A DNA stretch of 64,000 nt from Thermoanaerobaculia bacterium (GTDB taxonomy: Bacteria > Acidobacteriota > Thermoanaerobaculia > Multivoradales > Multivoraceae): assembly GCA_963664405.1 (NCBI GenBank), contig OY761158.1:2176001-2240000 (forward strand), read 5' to 3'. Positions 58,656-64,000 of the stretch are shown piece after piece; position 1 is the first letter of the stretch, and each line of letters begins with the position of its first letter. A program made the translations under genes and the position numbers. Below the pieces are notes generated by a model. It made no database searches and was not told the origin of the DNA. It saw only the letters and a program-made list of their open reading frames with translations.

Positions 58656-59498
58656 ATGCCCCTTCAACTCGTCGACCCCACCATCTCGACCTCCGATCAT
58701 GTCGTTCCATGTGCGACACGACTTCAGAGCCTCGACGGCGTTGTGATCGGGCTGCTCAATAACGGCAAGACCCATGGCCAGCAGATCCTCGCTCGTATCG
58801 CCGAGAACCTGGGGCGCAAGTACAAAATCGCCGGCACCCTACCGCTGCGCAAGAGCACGGTGAGCATGCCGCTTCCGGAAGACGAAATGGATTCTTTTGC
58901 AGAGGAGTGCGGTGCCGTCCTCGCCGCCGTCGGCGACTGAGGGTCTTGCTCGTCGGGCAGTTTGCTCGACGCAATCCTCTCCGAGAAGCGCTCGATTCCG
59001 GCCGCCGCGATCCTCACCCGGCCCTTCATACCCACGGCTCTGGCTCTTTCTTCGATCCAGAATATGCCGGGCTACCCCTTCGTCGTGCTGCCCCACCCGG
59101 TCACCAGCCTCACCGCCGAAGAAGCCCTGGCAAGGGCCGATGCGGCGACTCCCTACATCGAGGCGCTGCTAGTCGAAGGTGTGGCACGACCGGAAAACGA
59201 CGAGATCAGAATCGAGGGTGCCGCAGAGACTTCTTCGGCATCGGACCTCGCCAAGCTACGCGAGCTCACCGAGGAGCTAGCCGAGCCGCTTCGCGCCGAC
59301 GGTGCCGATCTGAGCGCCCGTCTGAGCGCCCCCGCCGAGCTGACCTTTGCCCTCCGCACCAGCGGTGCCACCTGCGAAGAGTGCGTAATGCCGGGAGCGC
59401 ATCTGCTCGAGATCTATCGCAACCGCACACGCCACGTATTCGGCGACTCGTGGACAGTTCGTCTGGAAGACCCTCGCGAAGAGCAGGTGCTGCGCTAA
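58656..59498 (+). CDS. UGSC-family selenoprotein (Sec at TGA 58938-58940) fused to a NifU-C-like CxxC domain
   Basis: AAGGAG RBS and ATG 58656; LLNNGK..AVGD-U-GSCSS..VVLPHPV, then EPLRADGAD..CEECVMP; in-frame across the TGA with a SECIS-like hairpin. Confidence 0.88.
58947..58973 (+). promoter_or_regulatory. Bacterial SECIS-like hairpin
   Basis: TGC-tc-GTCGGGCA-GTT-TGCTCGAC-GCA (8-bp upper stem with one G-U pair); loop G follows a 19-nt spacer after the UGA. Confidence 0.78.
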
Positions 59499-59592
59499 AT
59501 CAACGGCCCGGGAGCTCGAATCCCGCTCCCGGCGAAGTTGACACACCGTTGCAAACTTCGTTCTAGGCTGTTCCGATCGAGGAGGAAACAAA

Positions 59593-60164
59593 GTGAAAGC
59601 CGCCCCCTACATCACGAGGTGTGCCACCGCAGGCGCCATGCTCGGGCTACTGGCTCTCCCCACCGCTGCCGGCGCCTTGCCGCCGTCCGAGGCCGACGCG
59701 TCCGACGCCTGTGTGCCGGGCGGCACAACCACCTCCATGCCGGAGACCGCGTCGGAGTACGCTCGCATGTGCGGCGAGCATGTCGGAGTGCCACCGACGG
59801 TCAACTGCGGCGACGGGGTGCGAGTACCGATCCGTGTCGACGGTGTAGAGGTGTTCGAGAGCCCGGGCTACCGCAAGTGTGACAACCCCGACTTCAAGGG
59901 CAATTGCAACGTCGGCTCGAAGATCGGAAGGGTTCAGGGGACCGCCGCCGACGGCACCCCTCTCCCAGACGTCGTGTGGGCCTACCTCTGCCGGTCGGCG
60001 GGCCAGGAGCTCTTCGAGCGCGGCATCGCATCGGTCCAGATGATCGGGCATAACAAGACCACGGGAGCCAGCTGCTTCTTCGAATCGCCGGACGCGGTCG
60101 GGAATCTCGTTCAGGCGGAGTACCTCCGATTCGACGAGGACGGCCTTCTCGAAGGCGAGTTGCG
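59593..60164 (+). pseudogene. Secreted Cys-rich protein, 3'-truncated
   Basis: GAGGAGG RBS, GTG start, signal peptide, Cys-rich; joins ABC-ATPase sequence at ~60165. Confidence 0.6.
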
Positions 60165-60569
60165 GTGCGTGCGGCACGCATCGCCGGCGCTCACGACTTC
60201 ATCCTGGAGCTACCCGGGGGGTATGACACGAAACTCGGCACCGTGACGAGTAAAGTGTCGGTAGGCCAGAAGCAGCGCATCGCCATCGCTCGCGGCCTCT
60301 TGCGCGACGCGCGCATCCTGATTCTCGACGAGCCGACCTCGGCCCTCGACCCGGAGACCGAGGAGTACCTGGTCGCCGCTCTCGACGAGGCGGCTAAAGA
60401 CCGTCTCGTCGTCATCATCGCTCACCGCCTGTCGACCATCGCCCACGCCGACAAGATCGTCTTCCTCGAGGACGGCGAGATCCGCGAGCAGGGCAGCCAC
60501 GCCGAGCTCATGGCCAGAACGGACGGCCACTACCGCGAGTTCGTGCGACTTCAGTCCGGGGCGTCGTAG
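60165..60569 (+). pseudogene. C-terminal fragment of an ABC transporter ATPase
   Basis: VSVGQKQRIAIAR signature, ILDEPTSALD, IAHRLST; Walker A and TM domain absent. Confidence 0.8.
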
Positions 60570-60590
60570 TAGACCGCTCGGTCTACTTTA
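60568..60590 (+). terminator. Intrinsic terminator-like hairpin
   Basis: AGTAGACCG-CT-CGGTCTACT followed by TTA. Confidence 0.45.
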
Positions 60591-60631
60591 CTCCTCCGGA
60601 CGCGTATACTGCAGCCGCATCAACTATTTCC

Positions 60632-63304
60632 ATGAGCTCGCGTCCCGCCGTTTCCCGTCCCTTCCTCTTGCTTGCTCTGTTGCTGGGGGTGCCGGCTCTT
60701 TCGATAGGGCAGGGCGACTACATGGCCGCCGACCTCCGCGCCCGAGTAGAGAAGCTGCAGGGTGAAGCTTCCCAGTCTTCGATCTCTCCCCAGGTCCTGC
60801 TCGACCGCCTCGACACTCTGTGGGCGTGGGCCAACGCCTATGCCCTGGATGGGGGACGGCTCGCCATCGACTTCACCATGCAGTACACCCTCGAGCGTCT
60901 GGCGGCGCGCTCCATCTCGCCGAGCCCGAGCGACGCCCTCCTGGTAGATCTGGCAGGAGCCTTCGAGGATTATGTGCGAGGGATCCCCGAGCTGAGCCTG
61001 CCCTCGATGGGCGATCGGGAAGAGCTGTTGCGCTCGGTTGGGAGCTTCGTCGAGACTCAGGTGGCAGAGCTGACCCTGAAAGAGGAGCATCCCAACGCCT
61101 TGGGCACACTGCGGCTGGAGCCAAACCAGGCGCAACGCGCGGGCTCAATGGTGACCTTGGAGCAGACCTGGACGGTGGGTGATGTTCCCATGCGCGTCGG
61201 CGGCGGGATCGCTCTGACCAGCCGAGGCCGCTGGGGCTCACTGCAGACAACCGACGCCACCGCTCAGGGCTACACCAGCGTGCGCAGCTCTCGCGCAGGG
61301 GCGAGACTCGTACCTTCGGAGCCTTGGGCCAAGTGGACGAGCTTCATTACTCGCTTCACTCTGCAGTGGCGTCTGGAGGGAGCCGAGCTCCGCCCCGGCG
61401 ACACCGTCACGGTCACCTACGGCGACCGTTCGGGGGGTGGTCCCGGCTTCCGGGTCCACAGCTACTCCAACGACGCCATGGTTCTTCCCGTCCACCTCGA
61501 CCTCGAGGCAGAGGGGCACGTGCTACAGCCGACCTGGCCCTCCTTTCCGGTGATCGGAGCGGAGGAGACCTGCTACGTCGACCTCGTCGCCCCTTCGGTG
61601 GTCGCCGCCGGTGAGGATCTCGCTCTCACTCTGCGCGGCCAGGATTGCTGGAAGAACGTGAGCAGCGGAGAGAGCCCCGCTTACCGCGTGCTCCTCGGCG
61701 AGACCGCGGTCGCGACTCTGGCGGCAGGCGGCCCCGGGCTTCAGACGATCGAAGAAGTACGCCTCCCCGAGCCGGGCATCTATCGCTTCGAGGTGCGCTC
61801 CGAGGACGGCCGCCTGAGAGGAGGCTCCAACCCGGTGTGGGTCGAGGCGGCGCCTGAGCGCCGCGTTCTATGGGGCGACACCCACGGCCACTCGGGCTTC
61901 GCGGAAGGCCAGGGTCAGCCCGAGGGCTACTACCGCTTCGGCCGCGACGTGGCCAGGCTCGACTTCCTCAGTCTGTCCGAGCACGACATCTTCATGGACG
62001 ACGGCGAGTGGCAGGCGCTGCGCGACGCAGTCGATCGATTCAACGATCCCGGGAGATTCACCGCGCTCCTCGGCTATGAGTGGACGGCGCTGGTTCCTTT
62101 TGGTGGCCACCACAACGTCTTCTTCGCCGACGCTGAAGCCGGGCGCAAGCGGGTGCCGGTGCAGACCGCGCCCGTGCTGAGCGAGCTCTATCAAGGACTA
62201 CGGAAGGCCTACCAGACCGACGACGTTCTGGTCATTCCGCATGCCCACCAAGCGGCAGACTGGCGACAGAGCGACGGCGATCTCGAGCGCCTGATCGAGA
62301 TCGCCTCTGGGCACGGAACCTTCGGCTTCTTCGGCGACAAATACCTGGCAAACGGGTTCAAGGTCGGCTTCATCGGCTCGACCGACAACCACAACGGCCA
62401 CCCCGGTTATACCGGCATCGGCAACCAGCAGCTGGGAGGGCTTGCGGCGGTGCTGGCCCCGGAAAACACGACTCCGGCCCTCTTCAGCGCCATGCGCTCC
62501 CGCTCCACCTACGCCACCACCGGCGAGCGCATTCTGCTCGACGCCGATCTCGACGGCCATCCCATGGGCGCCGTCGTTGAGCCTACGGCCGACCGCACAC
62601 TACGGCTCCGGGTCTCGGGCACCACTCCCATCGACAACGTCGACGTGGTCAAGAACGGCCAGGTGATCTATCGCCGCAGCTTTCTGGGAGAACCTCAGGG
62701 AGTCGGCTCCACGGCACGGGTCCAGCTTCGCTTCGAGTCCTCTAGCGAAGTCTTCAACGGCCACCGCAACCCGCGCGGTCCCCGCCCCTGGAAAGGCAGC
62801 GTCCGCGTCGAGGGAGCCCACCTGGTCGGATTCGACGAGCCATGGTTCGCGCATCCGGATACCTTTCACCTCCGTCGCTCGGCAGCGGATGCCGAGGCTC
62901 TCGACTTTTCTTTCCGAACCAGGGGTCGCTCGAAATCTCTGGTCGTCGATCTCGAAGACACGACAGGCAAGACCGAGCTGGTGATCGACGTCGCGGCGGC
63001 GAGAGAGATCTCTGGATCTCCCGGAGCTGTGGATCGCGAACCGGTAAACCTTCCCTCAATCCGGCTGAGCTTTGATCTCGACGAGCTCGCCAAGGGCCCC
63101 GTCGGCCTGGAGCTCCCGGTCGTACGCAATATCGACCGAATCGAGGCCCGCCTGGTGCCCTCCGGCGCCGCCCTCGACGTCGACATGGAGTTCCGGGACC
63201 AGACCCGGCTCGCCGCCGGCGACGTCTACTATGTACGAGTGCGGCAGCTGGATGGCGGGGTCGCCTGGTCGAGCCCGTGGTTCGTAGGCGCCGCAAATCG
63301 GTAA
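60632..63304 (+). CDS. Large secreted DUF3604/PHP-domain metallohydrolase-like protein
   Basis: WGDTHGHS, SEHD, GYEWT, GHHNV, IPHAH, STDNH, YYVRVRQ..AWSSPW. Confidence 0.85.
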   Translation: MSSRPAVSRPFLLLALLLGVPALSIGQGDYMAADLRARVEKLQGEASQSSISPQVLLDRLDTLWAWANAYALDGGRLAIDFTMQYTLERLAARSISPSPSDALLVDLAGAFEDYVRGIPELSLPSMGDREELLRSVGSFVETQVAELTLKEEHPNALGTLRLEPNQAQRAGSMVTLEQTWTVGDVPMRVGGGIALTSRGRWGSLQTTDATAQGYTSVRSSRAGARLVPSEPWAKWTSFITRFTLQWRLEGAELRPGDTVTVTYGDRSGGGPGFRVHSYSNDAMVLPVHLDLEAEGHVLQPTWPSFPVIGAEETCYVDLVAPSVVAAGEDLALTLRGQDCWKNVSSGESPAYRVLLGETAVATLAAGGPGLQTIEEVRLPEPGIYRFEVRSEDGRLRGGSNPVWVEAAPERRVLWGDTHGHSGFAEGQGQPEGYYRFGRDVARLDFLSLSEHDIFMDDGEWQALRDAVDRFNDPGRFTALLGYEWTALVPFGGHHNVFFADAEAGRKRVPVQTAPVLSELYQGLRKAYQTDDVLVIPHAHQAADWRQSDGDLERLIEIASGHGTFGFFGDKYLANGFKVGFIGSTDNHNGHPGYTGIGNQQLGGLAAVLAPENTTPALFSAMRSRSTYATTGERILLDADLDGHPMGAVVEPTADRTLRLRVSGTTPIDNVDVVKNGQVIYRRSFLGEPQGVGSTARVQLRFESSSEVFNGHRNPRGPRPWKGSVRVEGAHLVGFDEPWFAHPDTFHLRRSAADAEALDFSFRTRGRSKSLVVDLEDTTGKTELVIDVAAAREISGSPGAVDREPVNLPSIRLSFDLDELAKGPVGLELPVVRNIDRIEARLVPSGAALDVDMEFRDQTRLAAGDVYYVRVRQLDGGVAWSSPWFVGAANR

Positions 63305-63359
63305 TATAGGCCTCCCAGCAACGAAACGCTCGCCTCTCGGAAGGCGAAGGAGAGTCGAA

Positions 63360-64000
63360 ATGAGAGTAGTCCCCAAGCTCGTCCTGATCGCCATCTGCAC
63401 CCTCGCCTTCGCCTGCAGCCAAGCCGCGGACGACACGGCGTCTCCTATGGCCGCGGAAGTGCCGCCTGATCTGGGGACCGACACCCACAACGTCGACGAG
63501 CTGGCGCCGGGCGTCTACTTCCTCCACGAGGCGGGGGCGATCACGGTCATGAGCAACTCTCTCGTGATCGTGAATGACGACGACGTGGTGGTGGTCGACT
63601 CCAACGTCACGCCGGCCGCCGCCGAGGGGCTCCTCGCCACCATTCGGGGGATCACCGATAAGCCGATCTCTTACCTCATCAACACCCACTACCACTTCGA
63701 CCATGCCCACGGGAACCAGTCGTTTCCGCCGGAGGTGCTCATCGTCGGTCACGAGTACACACGAGAGAAGTTGGCACCTGCCGACGCGCTCGAGGACGCT
63801 ACCTTCGTCAGCTTCAAGGGCCTCTTCCGCCAGAACCTGGAAAGCCTCGAAGCCGACTACCAGGTTGCGGACGCCGCAGCCGACGGGGCTGCACTCGCGG
63901 ATCTCGAGGGGCAGATCGAGTTGCTGAGCAATCACATCGAGGCGATGGAGGAGGTCGTAGCGACGCCCCCCGAGATCACCCTGAGCAAGAACATGACACT
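63360..64000 (+). CDS. MBL-fold metallo-hydrolase lipoprotein (partial, runs off the window)
   Basis: ATG 63360 after GAAGGAG; AFAC lipobox; INTHYHFDHAHGN; absent from the ORF track because no stop lies in the window. Confidence 0.85.
   Translation, partial: MRVVPKLVLIAICTLAFACSQAADDTASPMAAEVPPDLGTDTHNVDELAPGVYFLHEAGAITVMSNSLVIVNDDDVVVVDSNVTPAAAEGLLATIRGITDKPISYLINTHYHFDHAHGNQSFPPEVLIVGHEYTREKLAPADALEDATFVSFKGLFRQNLESLEADYQVADAAADGAALADLEGQIELLSNHIEAMEEVVATPPEITLSKNMT

Noticed and set aside
1-64000. tRNA (including tRNA-Sec), rRNA or sel genes
   Set aside because: None recognisable by eye in this window; the Sec machinery would have to be encoded elsewhere

Overview
GC-rich bacterial window. 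The gene content (Oar-type TonB receptors, DUF5916, DUF6152, DUF3604, PQQ beta-propellers, several sulfatases) suggests an Acidobacteriota-like heterotroph; that taxonomy is inference only. It is an accessory catabolic/cell-envelope region and I found no rRNA, tRNA or CRISPR array. Main result: two genes that the ORF track splits at an in-frame TGA look like selenoproteins, each followed by a bacterial SECIS-type hairpin with the same CAGTTTG apex. One is a membrane-anchored iodothyronine deiodinase-like protein (FGSYT-U-PPF, 43377-44066). The other is a UGSC-motif protein fused to a NifU-like CxxC domain (58656-59498), lying behind its conserved partner gene. Mobile and repeat DNA: a complete IS1182-family element with a CTAG target duplication; a Y1/HUH (RAYT-like) transposase bracketed by inverted hairpin repeats; a 204-bp IS21-type miniature element with a 5-bp duplication inside a DUF3604 gene; and a superfamily of palindromic miniature elements (one subfamily CTAG-bounded) with swappable arms and a conserved, covarying core. 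Recent paralogy is extensive: a TonB receptor pair, a PQQ dehydrogenase pair, a DUF5916 triplet and an 856-bp duplication. Many abrupt gene truncations or fusions may be real decay or assembly chimeras. All family assignments are by motif recognition, without database searches.
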